Assembly: GCA_963798085.1 (NCBI GenBank)
Contig: CAWCRS010000007.1
Location: forward strand, 1,849,029 to 1,913,028
DNA: 64,000 nt
Origin: an uncultured Gemmatimonadales bacterium
Lineage (GTDB): Bacteria > Gemmatimonadota > Gemmatimonadetes > Longimicrobiales > RSA9
Direction: 5' to 3'
In this document: positions 11,881 through 22,310 of the stretch, in pieces
How positions within the stretch are numbered: position 1 is the first letter of the stretch
Layout of the letters: the number at the start of each line of letters is the position of its first letter
Notes under the pieces: generated by a model
Database searches by the model: none
The model's input: the letters and a program-made list of their open reading frames with translations, nothing else
What the model was told of the DNA's origin: nothing
Program-made: the position numbers and the translations under genes

Positions 11881-12231
11881 TCACGAGACCAGCCGGCCTT
11901 CCATCAGCTCGCGGATCTCTTCGACACGGTCCAGCAGCACCCACAGTTCGTCGCCGCACTCGCGCGCGTGCAGCTGCGTGATGTAGCGCATGACCATGCG
12001 CTCGATGGGATGCGTCGCGGGCAGCTCGCGCCGTTCGAAGCGGTGGCACACGGATGCCAGATCGATGCGAAAGCAATGCTCGAGCTTGCGCAGTGCCTCG
12101 AGGCGAGTGGCCATGCCCGGCGTGCCCGCGGCACGCAGTGCTGCGCACATGTTGCGACTGGAGTTTCCATGCTGCGCGAAACGCTCCACCAGCAACCGGC
12201 GGTCTCCTTCGGTCAGACAGACGACGTTCAC
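11881..12231 (-). CDS. Hypothetical protein (~116 aa)
   Basis: GTG start 2 nt after the corrected ruvB stop; fills the operon gap with normal codon style; no recognised motif. Confidence 0.6.
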   Translation of the reverse strand: MNVVCLTEGDRRLLVERFAQHGNSSRNMCAALRAAGTPGMATRLEALRKLEHCFRIDLASVCHRFERRELPATHPIERMVMRYITQLHARECGDELWVLLDRVEEIRELMEGRLVS

Positions 12232-12232
12232 A

Positions 12233-13271
12233 CTACCCCTCGAACAGACTTCCCTGGGAGTCGGTGCCCAGTCGTGCGGGCGGCAGCTCGAAGCCGAGTC
12301 GCCGGTACGCATGATTGGTGGCCACGCGTCCGCGCCCGGTGCGCATCAGCAGGCCGTTCTGAATCAGGAACGGCTCGTACACCTGCTCCAGTGTATCCGC
12401 ATCCTCGCCCACGGCGACGGCCAGCGAATTCAGACCGACCGGTCCGCCGCCCAGTCTCGATCAGTGTGGTGAGAATCTTTCCGTCCATTTCATCCAGTCC
12501 GTATTCGTCCACATCCAGCAGCAGCAGTGCTTCGCCGGCGACATTCGCCGTGATCACACCGGAAGCGCGCACCTGGGCATAGTCACGCACACGGCGTAAC
12601 AGCCGGTTGGCGACGCGCGGTGTGCCGCGTGCCCGGCGCGCGATCTCGGTTGCGCCGTCCGGCGTACACTCCACCTGTAGAATCTCGGCACTTCGTGACA
12701 CAATGATGCAGAGATCGTCGGGCGAGTAGTAGTTCAGCCGGTTCACAATGCCGAAGCGCGCCCGCATGGGCGGGGTGAGGAGTCCGAAGCGCGTCGTCGC
12801 CCCCACCAGTGTGAAACGTTCGATCTCGACGGGCAGCGTCTGCGCCTTCGGTCCCTCGCCCAGGCGGATCTCGATGCGATAGTCCTCCATCGCGGGATAC
12901 AGATACTCTTCCAGCACGGGGCGGAGGCGGTGGATCTCATCAATGAACAGGATGTCGCGACTGCGCAGGTTGGTGAGGATCTGCACCAGGTCGCCGGCCT
13001 TCTCGAGCACCGGGCCCGACGTGATCTTGATGTTCACGCCCAGCTCTCTGGCCAGCAGCATCGCGAGCGTGGTCTTGCCCAGTCCCGGCGGACCGAAGAA
13101 CAGCGTGTGGTCCAGTGCTTCGCGTCGCACCAGCGCGGCGTCAAGGGCAATGCGGAGACTGTCCTTCAGCTTCGACTGGCCAATGAATTCGGCCAGCCGC
13201 TGCGGTCTGAGCGAAAGCTCCATGACGCCTTCATCGCCCAGCACATCCGGCGTCGTGATCTCCGATCGCAT
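12233..13271 (-). CDS. ruvB: Holliday junction branch-migration ATPase RuvB, frameshifted near 12455
   Basis: [53 protein letters not shown]. The C-terminal [27 protein letters not shown]...RTGRGR continues in another frame to TAG at 12233. Confidence 0.95.
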
Positions 13272-13445
13272 ACCTGTCGCGTTCTCGTCGGTTGCGGGCT
13301 CCCGGCAGGCGAGCCCATTCATCAGGCAGGCTCAATTATCGGGGCCGGCAGGGGCCGTGGCAACCGCCGCGCACGGGCTCGGTCCGCGCCCGCATCTGCA
13401 CGGTCGGCCGCGGATTCCAGCATCGGTGTTGTGTGTCTGTGACGT

Positions 13446-14024
13446 TCAGCGGCGCTCGCCTTGCGGGTCACTGCCTGGCAGCACGCGAGCGAGTGCGCCG
13501 GCTGCGCTGCGCCTGGGCGGCGCCGACCACTGCTCCGACTCCCACACGGCCTGCACCGTATCCTGGTTCAACACAATGTCGCCCCAGAACACGTTGCGAC
13601 CGCGTGGCGGCCGCCCGCTCTTGAGCAGCTCGACAGCAAGCAGCGGCACGAAGGAACCGGAAGACTCGAGGAAGTCACCCAGGCGCTGGCGAGGACTGAG
13701 CAGCAGACCGCCGCGCAGGAAGAGTCCGCCCTCTACCAGCAGCTCGACACCGTGCGCCTGCGCCGCGGGCAGCGTGTTGACCAGCGGCACATTCGTTTCC
13801 ACCGCGGTCGCGTACAGCACCTGGTCTGTGCGCAGCACGGCGAACTCGACGCGTTCATGCAATGGTTGCCAGCTCAACTCGACGAGGTGCAGATAACCGC
13901 GACGGTTCGCGAGATACGAGCTGAGCGACAATCCCTCGGGCATCAGTGCGAACGCTTCCGCCATCCGGAAATCCCGGAGGAAGAAGCGCAGCCGCCGGCG
14001 AGGCAGACGGGTGGCGTCCGGCAT
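13446..14024 (-). CDS. Hypothetical protein, possibly two DUF6812-like small beta domains
   Basis: Internal duplication-like pattern (LSLSSYLANRRGYLHL / RQRLGDFLESSGSFVPL); family assignment is from recollection only. Confidence 0.6.
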   Translation of the reverse strand: MPDATRLPRRRLRFFLRDFRMAEAFALMPEGLSLSSYLANRRGYLHLVELSWQPLHERVEFAVLRTDQVLYATAVETNVPLVNTLPAAQAHGVELLVEGGLFLRGGLLLSPRQRLGDFLESSGSFVPLLAVELLKSGRPPRGRNVFWGDIVLNQDTVQAVWESEQWSAPPRRSAAGALARVLPGSDPQGERR

Positions 14025-14100
14025 CAGACTCCATTGGCGGTGGTAACATGCGGGACTCTGCTGTTAAGCGTCGAGCGGCGGGCGGTATTTCTTGAAGGTT

Positions 14101-14697
14101 TCAGGCGGAGCTGATGCTGCCCAGCGCGGCGCGGATCACCTTTTCCGTCCCCGCGAGGCTGCCATCGGCATCCAGCACACGCCGCACTGCCGCCGTGGCA
14201 GCCGCCGGCGAGTATCCCAGCGCGATCAGTGCCGCAATTGCTTCTTCGGCGCCACGCGTGTCGCGCCGACCCGTCGTCGTCACAATGGCCAGGTCATCCA
14301 GCCGATCCGCCAGCTCGACGATCAGCTTCTCCGCTTTCTTCGTTCCCAGTCCCGGCACCTTGCGCAGTGTGGGAATGTCTTTCTCGACGATGGCGCGCAG
14401 CAGTCGCTCGGGAGACAAGGTGGACAGCACATTGAGCGCGAGGCGAGGCCCGACGCCTGTGGCCGTCAGCAGCCGGGCGAACACGCTGCGTTCCCCCTCC
14501 TCGATGAAACCGTAGAGCGTGATGGCGTTGTCGCGGAAGACGTGCTCGATGCGCAGCTCGACGGTGCTGCCTTCGCGCGGCAGCCGCTCATAGACGGTCA
14601 GCGGCACCAGCACCTCGTAGCCCACGCCGGATGCCGTCATGATTTCGGCAATGCCCGGCTTGCGTGTCAGCAGTGTGCCGTGCAGGCGACTGATCAT
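14101..14697 (-). CDS. ruvA: Holliday junction DNA-binding subunit RuvA
   Basis: MISRLHGTL, GVGYEV, LYGF, GVGPRLAL, VPGLGTKKAEKLIVEL, ALIALGY. Confidence 0.97.
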   Translation of the reverse strand: MISRLHGTLLTRKPGIAEIMTASGVGYEVLVPLTVYERLPREGSTVELRIEHVFRDNAITLYGFIEEGERSVFARLLTATGVGPRLALNVLSTLSPERLLRAIVEKDIPTLRKVPGLGTKKAEKLIVELADRLDDLAIVTTTGRRDTRGAEEAIAALIALGYSPAAATAAVRRVLDADGSLAGTEKVIRAALGSISSA

Positions 14698-15191
14698 GTG
14701 GCGCGTCGCACGAACGCGTGCAAAGCCGCTTCACCGCAATGACAGAGCGCGATGGCGACGCCGTCCGCGGCATCGGATGGCGTGGGTGGTGTGCGCAGTC
14801 GCAAACGCTGCTGCACCATGTACTGCACCTGCTCCTTGGTCGCGCGCCCGGTGCCGCTGACTGCGACCTTGATCTCCGCGGGCGAGTATTCGGCGATGGG
14901 CAGACCCCGCAGTGTGGCGGCGAGGATGGCGGCGGCGCGCGCGTGACCCAGCAGCAGACTGCTGCGGGCATTCTTGCCGTGAAACGCGCGCTCGACGGCG
15001 ACGGCGTCGAACGTGTGCCGGTCCAGCACCTCGCCCACACCTTCGAATATGGCGAGCAGGCGAGCCGGCAGCTCATCTTCCGCCTGCGTACGGATCACAC
15101 CGCACTCGAGAAGCGAAACGGCGCCGTCGCGCTGTGCGATGACGCCGTACCCTGTGGAGCGGGAGCCCGGATCGATGCCGAGTACGATCAC
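14694..15191 (-). CDS. ruvC: Crossover junction endodeoxyribonuclease RuvC
   Basis: VLGIDPGSRSTGYG, VAVERAF, EYSPAEIKVAVSGTGRATKEQV, DAADGVAIALCH. Confidence 0.97.
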   Translation of the reverse strand: MIVLGIDPGSRSTGYGVIAQRDGAVSLLECGVIRTQAEDELPARLLAIFEGVGEVLDRHTFDAVAVERAFHGKNARSSLLLGHARAAAILAATLRGLPIAEYSPAEIKVAVSGTGRATKEQVQYMVQQRLRLRTPPTPSDAADGVAIALCHCGEAALHAFVRRAT

Positions 15192-15937
15192 GCGCCGCTC
15201 TCCGCGAAAGCCGACTCGTCGACATTCGCGTTCGAGGAGACCTTCTGCACATCGTCCAGCTCATCGATGGCGTCGAGCAGGCGCACCAGTTTCTGGGCGT
15301 CGTCGCCACTCACGTCGACACTCGCGCGCGGCACCATGGCCAGCTCCGCCGACTCGAATGTAATGCCGCGTTTGAGCATGGCATCCTGCACCGCGTTGAA
15401 GCCCGGCAGGTCGGTCGAGATCACGTACTCGTCGCCATCACGCTTCATGTCGGAAGCGCCCGCTTCCAGCGCGGCTTCGAGCGTGGAGTCCTCGTCGTAG
15501 CGCCCGGCACTCACGTAGATCTGGCCCAGCCGGTCGAACTGCCATGACACGGATCCGCTCGTGCCCAGCGAACCGCCGTGCTTGGTCAGCGCGTGCCGCA
15601 GTTCCGCAACCGTGCGCGTCGGATTGTCCGTCAGCGTTTCAATGTACAGTGCGGCGCCGCCCGGCCCGTATCCTTCGTACGCGATCTCTTCGTAGTGCAC
15701 GCCTTCCAGCTCGCCCGTGCCCTTCTTGATGGCGCGCTCAATGTTTTCCGCCGGCATGTTCGCGGCCTTTGCGGTGTCGACGGCCAGCCGCAGCCGTGGA
15801 TTGAAGTTGACATCGCCGCCGCTGGAGCGTGCGGCAACCGTGATCTCGCGGATCAGTCGCGTGAACGCCTGCCCGCGTTTCGTGTCATTGACGGCTTTCT
15901 TGCGCTTGATCTGCGCCCACTTGCTGTGGCCGGCCAC
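15188..15937 (-). CDS. yebC: YebC/PmpR family protein
   Basis: MAGHSKWAQIKRKK, NPRLRLAV, YEGYGPGG, DELDDVQKV. Confidence 0.97.
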   Translation of the reverse strand: MAGHSKWAQIKRKKAVNDTKRGQAFTRLIREITVAARSSGGDVNFNPRLRLAVDTAKAANMPAENIERAIKKGTGELEGVHYEEIAYEGYGPGGAALYIETLTDNPTRTVAELRHALTKHGGSLGTSGSVSWQFDRLGQIYVSAGRYDEDSTLEAALEAGASDMKRDGDEYVISTDLPGFNAVQDAMLKRGITFESAELAMVPRASVDVSGDDAQKLVRLLDAIDELDDVQKVSSNANVDESAFAESGA

Positions 15938-16058
15938 GGGCGCCTCCTGGAAATCCGGGAAAGTTATTGCGTGAGAACAGCTTGACTGCCCGACAAGCGC
16001 TCTAATCTAAGTGCCGGCCCGGTGCCCGGGCAACGGGCCCGCACGACCCGCGCGCGCT

Positions 16059-17481
16059 TCAGCGCGCGCGGTCAAACCGGATGTTGCGTACGCGACCCGC
16101 CTGTACCGTGAAGGCAATGACACCTCCGCCGGCGTCGCGCACGAATTGCAGGCCGAGGCTGCCGGCCCGGAACGCATCGCTGCTGGTAGGGCGGAGCACT
16201 GCCGGCTCGGCCGCTCGGCGCTGCAATACCAGGTTACTCCCCTGCAGCACCAGCGTATACGTGACGTCCAGTTCTTCGCTGTGGTAATTCCCTGCCAGCT
16301 GGCGCAGCACAGCCGCATCCGGCGTCCACGCTGGCGCCTCCGGCGCAGCGCCCTGGGCGGCAGCGCCCTGCGCGCGCGTTGGCGGTGCCTGCATGCGATC
16401 GCCCAGCCAGACCTGCGCCACGCGCTCGGCCAGGCCGCTCGGCGCAATGCTCCCGAGGTTGCAGAGCACGAAAACGGCGAAGTGCTGGTCCGGGAAACGC
16501 AGCAGCTCGGCGCGGAACCCCATCAGCGAGCCGCTGTGCCGCACCGTGTGCAGCCCGCGATACTGTCCGATCGATGAGGCCCTGGGCGTACCCGAGCGTG
16601 TCGCCGTTGTCGAGCACGGCGCGCGTCTGCATCTGGCGCAGGAACGCATCCCCGCCCACGCGGCCGTCGTAGAACTCGTCGTCCCACTTGAGCAGGTCCT
16701 CGACCGTCGTGTAGAGCCCGCCCGCGCCGATCTTGTCGAAATTCGGCAGGTCGGCCATGCGAAATGCATTGTTAGAAGCCGGCATGTAACTCACCACGCG
16801 GTCCGGCATGGGATGGCCCGGGTCGTCGTGGAAATGCGAGTGCATCATGCCCAGCGGCTGGAACAGCTGCCGGCGCGCGTACTCGCGCAGTGACTCGCCA
16901 CTCACGCGCTTCACGATCTGGCCCAGCAGCCAGTAGCCCGTGTTGCTGTAGAGGTAGTCCGAGCCCGGTGCGAAATTCAGCGCCTTCTGCCGCGCGATCA
17001 GCGCCAGTGCATCAGCGTCCGGAAACACGTCTTCCATGCGGATGCCGGCGAGGTCCATGAGCACGTAAATGTCGCGCAGGCCGCTGGTGTGGTGCAGCAG
17101 ATCCAGGATGGTGATGGTCTCGCCGTAGTCGGGCAGCTCGGGAATGTACTTGCGCACGTCATCGGTCAGGCGGATGCGGCCCTGCGCCGCCAGCAGCGTG
17201 ATGCTCGCGGCCGTGAACTGCTTCGACACCGAACCCACGTAGTAGACCATACGCGGCGAATTCGCGATGCCGTAATCCAGGTTGGCCATGCCGTAGCCAC
17301 GCTCGTACAGGAAGCGGCCGTTCTGCGCCACACCCAGCGCGCATCCCGGACTGTCGCTGCGGTCCCATGGCGAGAAAATGCTGTCGACGGCCGGATTCCC
17401 GGACTGCGTCTGTGCCGCGGTCTGCACGGCGCCGGAGACCAGAAGGGCCAGGCTCACGGTACAGGCGGTGGCTCGCATCAT
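16059..17481 (-). CDS. Secreted serine hydrolase (beta-lactamase/AmpC-like), frameshifted near 16572
   Basis: Signal peptide, GSVSKQF (SxxK), LLHHTSGL, YLYSNTGY (YxN); HSGSLMGF and the C-terminal domain follow in the shifted frame. Confidence 0.9.
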
Positions 17482-17616
17482 GGAGACCTCGGTTTCGGAC
17501 GACGACGCCGCTTCAGCACCCGTCGTCGCTCCGGTTGCACGACCGTGCTTGCGATGTCGCGATCACAGACCTATGCATGCACTTTCGCACCGAACCACGC
17601 AACATTGCGAACGCGC

Positions 17617-18759
17617 ATGACCGACCACGCGCAGCAGGGCGGATCCGCCGCCGCAGCCGCACCAGGCAGGCATGCAGCCGCTTCGTCTGCGGGCGAAACC
17701 GCATCGCGTGAGCGACGACGGGTGGTCATCAATCTGCGCGAGAGTCGACCCGCGTGGCAGATGCCGGAATGGGCGCGCACGGCCATCGGCGCTGCGTTTC
17801 CCAGAGACTGGGACGTCGTCTTCCTCAATGCCGGCGTCGATGCGAAAGCCGGTCACGGCAATGGGGGCGGCGCGTCTGCCGAAGCGATCGCCGCAGCGCA
17901 CGGCATGGAAGTCTATCTCGGCTTCGGTGCACCGCGCGAAGTCTTCCTCGCCGCGACTGGGGGCCCCGCACCGAAGCTGCACTGGATGCACACCGGCACC
18001 GCGGGCGTGGCTTCCCTGCTCTATCCCGAGGAATGGTCGCGTCTAATGTGGTGCTGACGAATTCCGCCGGCGTGCACGCGCCCGCGGTGGCGGAATCGGT
18101 GCTGGCCATGATGCTGCACTTCGCGCGCGGTCTCGATTACGCGGTGCGCGCGCAGGCGCATGCAGAGTGGAAGACCGATCCCGTCTCGACGCGCCCCGGC
18201 GCGGTCACCGAGATCGGCGGCGCCACACTCGGCGTGCTCGGCCTCGGTGGCATTGGCCGCGAAGTGGCTTGGCGTGCGCACGCGCTGGGCATGTCCGTGC
18301 TCGCGCTGCGCCGTTCCGACCAGGCCGCACCCGATGGCGTCCAGCTGCTTTCCGGACCCGACGCGCTCGATCAGCTGCTGGCGCGCAGCGATTACGTCGT
18401 GCTCTCATTGCCTTCGACACCGGCAACGCGCGGACTGCTTGGCGCCGGCGAGATCTCACGCATCAAGCCCGGCGCCGTGCTCATCAACGTGGCGCGGTGA
18501 TGTCCTGGACGAGGCAGCGTTGATCGCCGCACTGCGCTCCGGCGCATTGCGTGGCGCTGGCCTCAATGTCTTCCGCATCGAGCCGCTGCCCGCCGATTCC
18601 CCGCTCTGGCGCCTGCCCAATGTGCTGATCACCCCGCACGTCAGCGCCACCACGACCCGCTTCTGGAACCGCGAAGTCGCATTGATCGTGGAGAACGTCG
18701 GCCGCTACCTCCGTGGCGCTCCTCTGCTGAATACGGTGGACAAACGGCTCGGCTATTGA
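17617..18759 (+). CDS. D-2-hydroxyacid dehydrogenase, with two frameshifts (~18030, ~18495)
   Basis: LHWMHTGTAGV, LTNSAGVHAPAVAE, GVLGLGGIG, LINVAR/G, EPLPADSPLWRLPNVLITPHVS distributed over three frames. Confidence 0.9.
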
Positions 18760-18766
18760 TTGGCGG

Positions 18767-19170
18767 ACTGCGTTGCTGGGGCTCGGGCTGGTTGCCGGGA
18801 AACGACAACAGATCGAACCGCGTTTCCAGGGCTGGTTGCCGCGGAACGACAATGGACTGGATCCTCGTTGGTGCGCAGGCTGGGTAGTACTGCGAGCGTG
18901 CGTACGTTCGCGCGTACGGGCTCCAATGCAGACATCTAACAGTCGGCTAGCAACCCACGCGGGCCGCCCTCAGTTCAGCGACCCGCCCTCATCCTTCGGC
19001 ATCGCCCGGTGAAGCCCATCAGAGCCGGCACCCTGAACCCGGCTGCCCGGCCCCAATCCGTTGTCCGTTCCCGGGCGACGAGCCCCGGCAACCATCGCCC
19101 GCAACGAAGTTTGATCGGCTGTTCGTTCCCCAGCCCGAGCCCCAGCCCCAGCCCGCACCCGAGAAACGGT
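18767..19170. repeat. Repeat family locus 2: minus-strand units 18767-18860 and inverted plus-strand units 19053-19170, between convergent genes
   Basis: Left GCGTTGCTGGGGCTCGGGCTGGTTGCCGGGAAAC...; right GTTCCCGGGCGACGAGCCCCGGCAACCATCGCCCGCAACG and GTTCCCCAGCCCGAGCCCCAGCCCCAGCCCGCACCCGAGAAACG. Confidence 0.8.
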
Positions 19171-19179
19171 CCCGGAGAC

Positions 19180-20853
19180 TCAGCTCGGTCCCTTCCTGGC
19201 GCCATCCTGGCATTGCGGCCACTGGCCGGGCTGGCCGCCGCGGCCGCTGATGTTGGCGCGATCACGCGGGATCATTACGGGATCCTCGGAGGCCAGGTAT
19301 ACGAGCATCGCGGTCAGGGTCGCGTTGTTCTTCAGGTCGTCGAACACGATCTTGTCGTAGGAGTCGCGGTTGGTGTGCCAGGTGAGCGTGCCGTAGTTCC
19401 AGCCCAGCGCGCCCAGACCGAAGGCTGGTGTGCCGAAACAGGCAAACGACGCGTTATCGCTGCCACCGCCCGCCGGCCCGCCCGGGATCCCGAGATCGAT
19501 CTGCCCTGTGATCTGCGCGGGGATCTTCGCGAACCAGTCGGCCACGTGCGAGCCGGCCGCGAGCATGCCGCCCATGCCCATGTTCACCACACGGCCGGTG
19601 CCGTTGTCCTGGTTGAACAGCGCCTGCAGCCCCTGCACCACCTCCGGGTGGTCGTGCGCCCAGGCGCGCGAGCCGTTCAGTCCCTGCTCCTCGCTGCTCC
19701 AGTGCCCGGCGATAATGGTGCGTTTGGGATTCGGATAGGCCTGTCGCAGGATGCGCATGGCCTCGAGCATGGTGATGGTGCCGGTGCCGTTGTCGGTGGC
19801 ACCTGACGAGCTGTCGAAGGAATCGAAGTGCGCCGACAGCATGACGTACTCATTGGGCTTCTCCGAACCCTTCACCGTGGCGATGGTGTTGACCGTGGGC
19901 ACATCGCCCAGGAACTCGGCCTGCGCTTCCACGCGGATGCGCGGACCCTGGTTGTTCTCCGCCAGGCGATACAGCAGCCCGTAATCCTCACACATGATGT
20001 CGAGTGTGGGCGCCTTCTTCGTGTTGGTAGTGAACACCTTGTCCGTTCCCGGCAGACCCGACCACTCCGACTGCAGGATGCCCAGCGCGCCGGCATCTTC
20101 CAGCGTGGTGTGCAGCTGCTTGATCAACGCTCCGAGCGGGCTGGTCGACGTGCCGGGCTGTGCGCCTGCGGCGGCCAGCAGCCGCGCGTTCCACGCGGCC
20201 CGGTCGCGCGCCTGCTCGAGGCGAATGCGCGCCAGCGAGCTGGTGGTGTCGGGCCCACCGCCGCGACCGCCGAACCCGCCACCGCCGCGGCCACCTCGGC
20301 CGCCACCCCCACCCGCACCGCTGCCACCCTGCGCAAACTCATCCCACTCCGCATCGGAACGGCACGTCGGCTGCGCCATGTTGAGCAGCACGAACTTGCC
20401 TTTCGCCTGCGGCAGCCACGCCGTGAACTCCTGCTGGCTTTTCACGTCGGGCAGAATGACAACGGGTCCTTCCACCGGACCCCTGGTGCCCGCGCTCCAG
20501 CCGAGCATCGTGCCTTCCAGCGTGCGCACGCGCGGCGCGACCATGTCGATGTGCGTGATGCCGCGGCGCCAGCCCGCCCATGTGCCGTATTGCTCGATCT
20601 TCGCGGGGACACCCCACGAACCGTACATTTTCACCAGCCACTCATGGCCGCTCATCAGCGGCGGCGTGCCCGTGAGGCGTCCGCCGATCGAGTCGAACAG
20701 CACCTGCGCCAGCTTCTGCGCCTGCGACTCGTTCATTCCCAGCTGCCAGATGCGTTTGATGACCGGATCATCGGTGGGAAACTGCTGGGCGCTGATCGGC
20801 GCCACTGCGCCGAGGAGCGCGAAGCCCAGACCGACGACTGCCGCGTGTTTCAT
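19180..20853 (-). CDS. M28 family metallopeptidase (carboxypeptidase Q-like), secreted
   Basis: Signal peptide, IGGRLTG, LSAHFDS, GATDNGTG, WSSEEQGLNGS, NQDNG, GGSDNASF, WHTNRDSYDK; Gly/Arg-rich insert. Confidence 0.92.
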   Translation of the reverse strand: MKHAAVVGLGFALLGAVAPISAQQFPTDDPVIKRIWQLGMNESQAQKLAQVLFDSIGGRLTGTPPLMSGHEWLVKMYGSWGVPAKIEQYGTWAGWRRGITHIDMVAPRVRTLEGTMLGWSAGTRGPVEGPVVILPDVKSQQEFTAWLPQAKGKFVLLNMAQPTCRSDAEWDEFAQGGSGAGGGGGRGGRGGGGFGGRGGGPDTTSSLARIRLEQARDRAAWNARLLAAAGAQPGTSTSPLGALIKQLHTTLEDAGALGILQSEWSGLPGTDKVFTTNTKKAPTLDIMCEDYGLLYRLAENNQGPRIRVEAQAEFLGDVPTVNTIATVKGSEKPNEYVMLSAHFDSFDSSSGATDNGTGTITMLEAMRILRQAYPNPKRTIIAGHWSSEEQGLNGSRAWAHDHPEVVQGLQALFNQDNGTGRVVNMGMGGMLAAGSHVADWFAKIPAQITGQIDLGIPGGPAGGGSDNASFACFGTPAFGLGALGWNYGTLTWHTNRDSYDKIVFDDLKNNATLTAMLVYLASEDPVMIPRDRANISGRGGQPGQWPQCQDGARKGPS

Positions 20854-21139
20854 GACCGTTCTCCGGCTGGATGGCGATTCCGTTTCGGTTGCGACATTGG
20901 GAAGCTGGCGCGCCGGGCGGGCCGTTGCAAGCGCTGAAGAGCCGGACGCGTGTCGTCGCCTGCAATCAGCTCAGGAAGCTGGTCAGGTCGAGGTAATCGC
21001 GCACCACCAGGACGCCGTTCGCGTTGCACGCACGAACCTGTACGCGCGCTGGCGGTGTCCCGCAGGCGCCGGTGCCTGAATCCCTGCGCGTGCTCGTGAC
21101 GTATGCTGTGACGGTGCCACCTCGAACAGATCGCGACTG

Positions 21140-22297
21140 ATGAGCCTGCCCCGCATTCTGCTGTCGCTGCTCCTTTGCATCCACGCCGCAGCGCCCCTGG
21201 CCGGCCAGGCGCTCAACCTGGGCGCGGGCGGCGCCGGGATCAGCTTCGGTAATTCCCGCCGCTGGAGCGGGCTGCGCCTCAATCTCATCGACCACAATGT
21301 CGAAAGTGTGAATGGCATTAACCTGACGTTGTGGAAGCCGAAACCGAGTCCGGCATTCCGCATGAACGGCCTGGCCCTCGGCCTGTTCGGGCCGCAGGCC
21401 GCCACCCTCAATGGTGCTGCGCTCGGTGTGGGCGGCGTCGTGGCGGATCGCGATCTCAATGGAATCGGCATCGCCGGCTTCGGTGTCGTGGCGCAGGGGT
21501 CGTTGCGCGGCATCGCGATCGCCGGACTCGGTGTCGTCGCGCAGCAGGATCTCGCAGGCGTGGGCATCGCTGGTTTCGGTGCCGTCGCGCAGGGCAGAAT
21601 GATCGGTATCACGCTGGCCGGGCTGGGTGCGGTCGCAGAAGGCGACATCGCCGGCATCACCTTCGCCGGCCTGGGCACCGTCAGCCAGGGCTCGATAACC
21701 GGTGTTAGTGTGGGCGGTCTCGGCCTCGTCGCGCAACGCGACCTCACCGGCATCAACATTGGCGGCCTGGGCGCGGTGGCGCAGGGTCGCGCTCGCTGGC
21801 TCACCATCGCCACGCTGGGCGTAGTCGCCGAAAGCGGCCTGGACGGCATTGCCATCGCCGGACTGGGCGTGGTCACACAGGGCCGGATGCGCGGCCTGTC
21901 GATCGCCGGGCTCGGCGTCGTCGGGAATGGCGGCATTGACGGCATCGCCATTGGTGGCGTGGGCGTCGCCGCGTCGGAGCAGCCACTGCACGGCCTCGCC
22001 CTCACACTGGGCGAGGTGAATGCCAGCGAGGCGACCGGCATCGCGCTGGCCGGCTATCGCATCAGGGTCCCGGCCGTGCACGGAGCCGCACTATCCGTCC
22101 TCCTGACGCGCACGGAACAGCTCGATGGCATTGCCATCGCTGCTTACAACAATGTTCGCACCGTGCAGAACGGCATCGCCATCGGCCTGCTGAATCGTGC
22201 GCAGGCGCTGCACGGCGTGCAGCTGGGCGCACTCAACTTCGCGGGCAACAATCGTGGTGTGCTGCGCTGGCTGCCGCTGCTCAACCTGCACCACTGA
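21140..22297 (+). CDS. Secreted glycine-rich 16-aa repeat protein (predicted beta-solenoid, LA_2272-like)
   Basis: Signal peptide; about 12 copies of GI(A/G)IAGLGVVAQGxxx; C-terminal NGIAIGLLN/HGVQLGALN. Confidence 0.8.
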   Translation: MSLPRILLSLLLCIHAAAPLAGQALNLGAGGAGISFGNSRRWSGLRLNLIDHNVESVNGINLTLWKPKPSPAFRMNGLALGLFGPQAATLNGAALGVGGVVADRDLNGIGIAGFGVVAQGSLRGIAIAGLGVVAQQDLAGVGIAGFGAVAQGRMIGITLAGLGAVAEGDIAGITFAGLGTVSQGSITGVSVGGLGLVAQRDLTGINIGGLGAVAQGRARWLTIATLGVVAESGLDGIAIAGLGVVTQGRMRGLSIAGLGVVGNGGIDGIAIGGVGVAASEQPLHGLALTLGEVNASEATGIALAGYRIRVPAVHGAALSVLLTRTEQLDGIAIAAYNNVRTVQNGIAIGLLNRAQALHGVQLGALNFAGNNRGVLRWLPLLNLHH

Positions 22298-22310
22298 GCC
22301 GCAGGGACTG

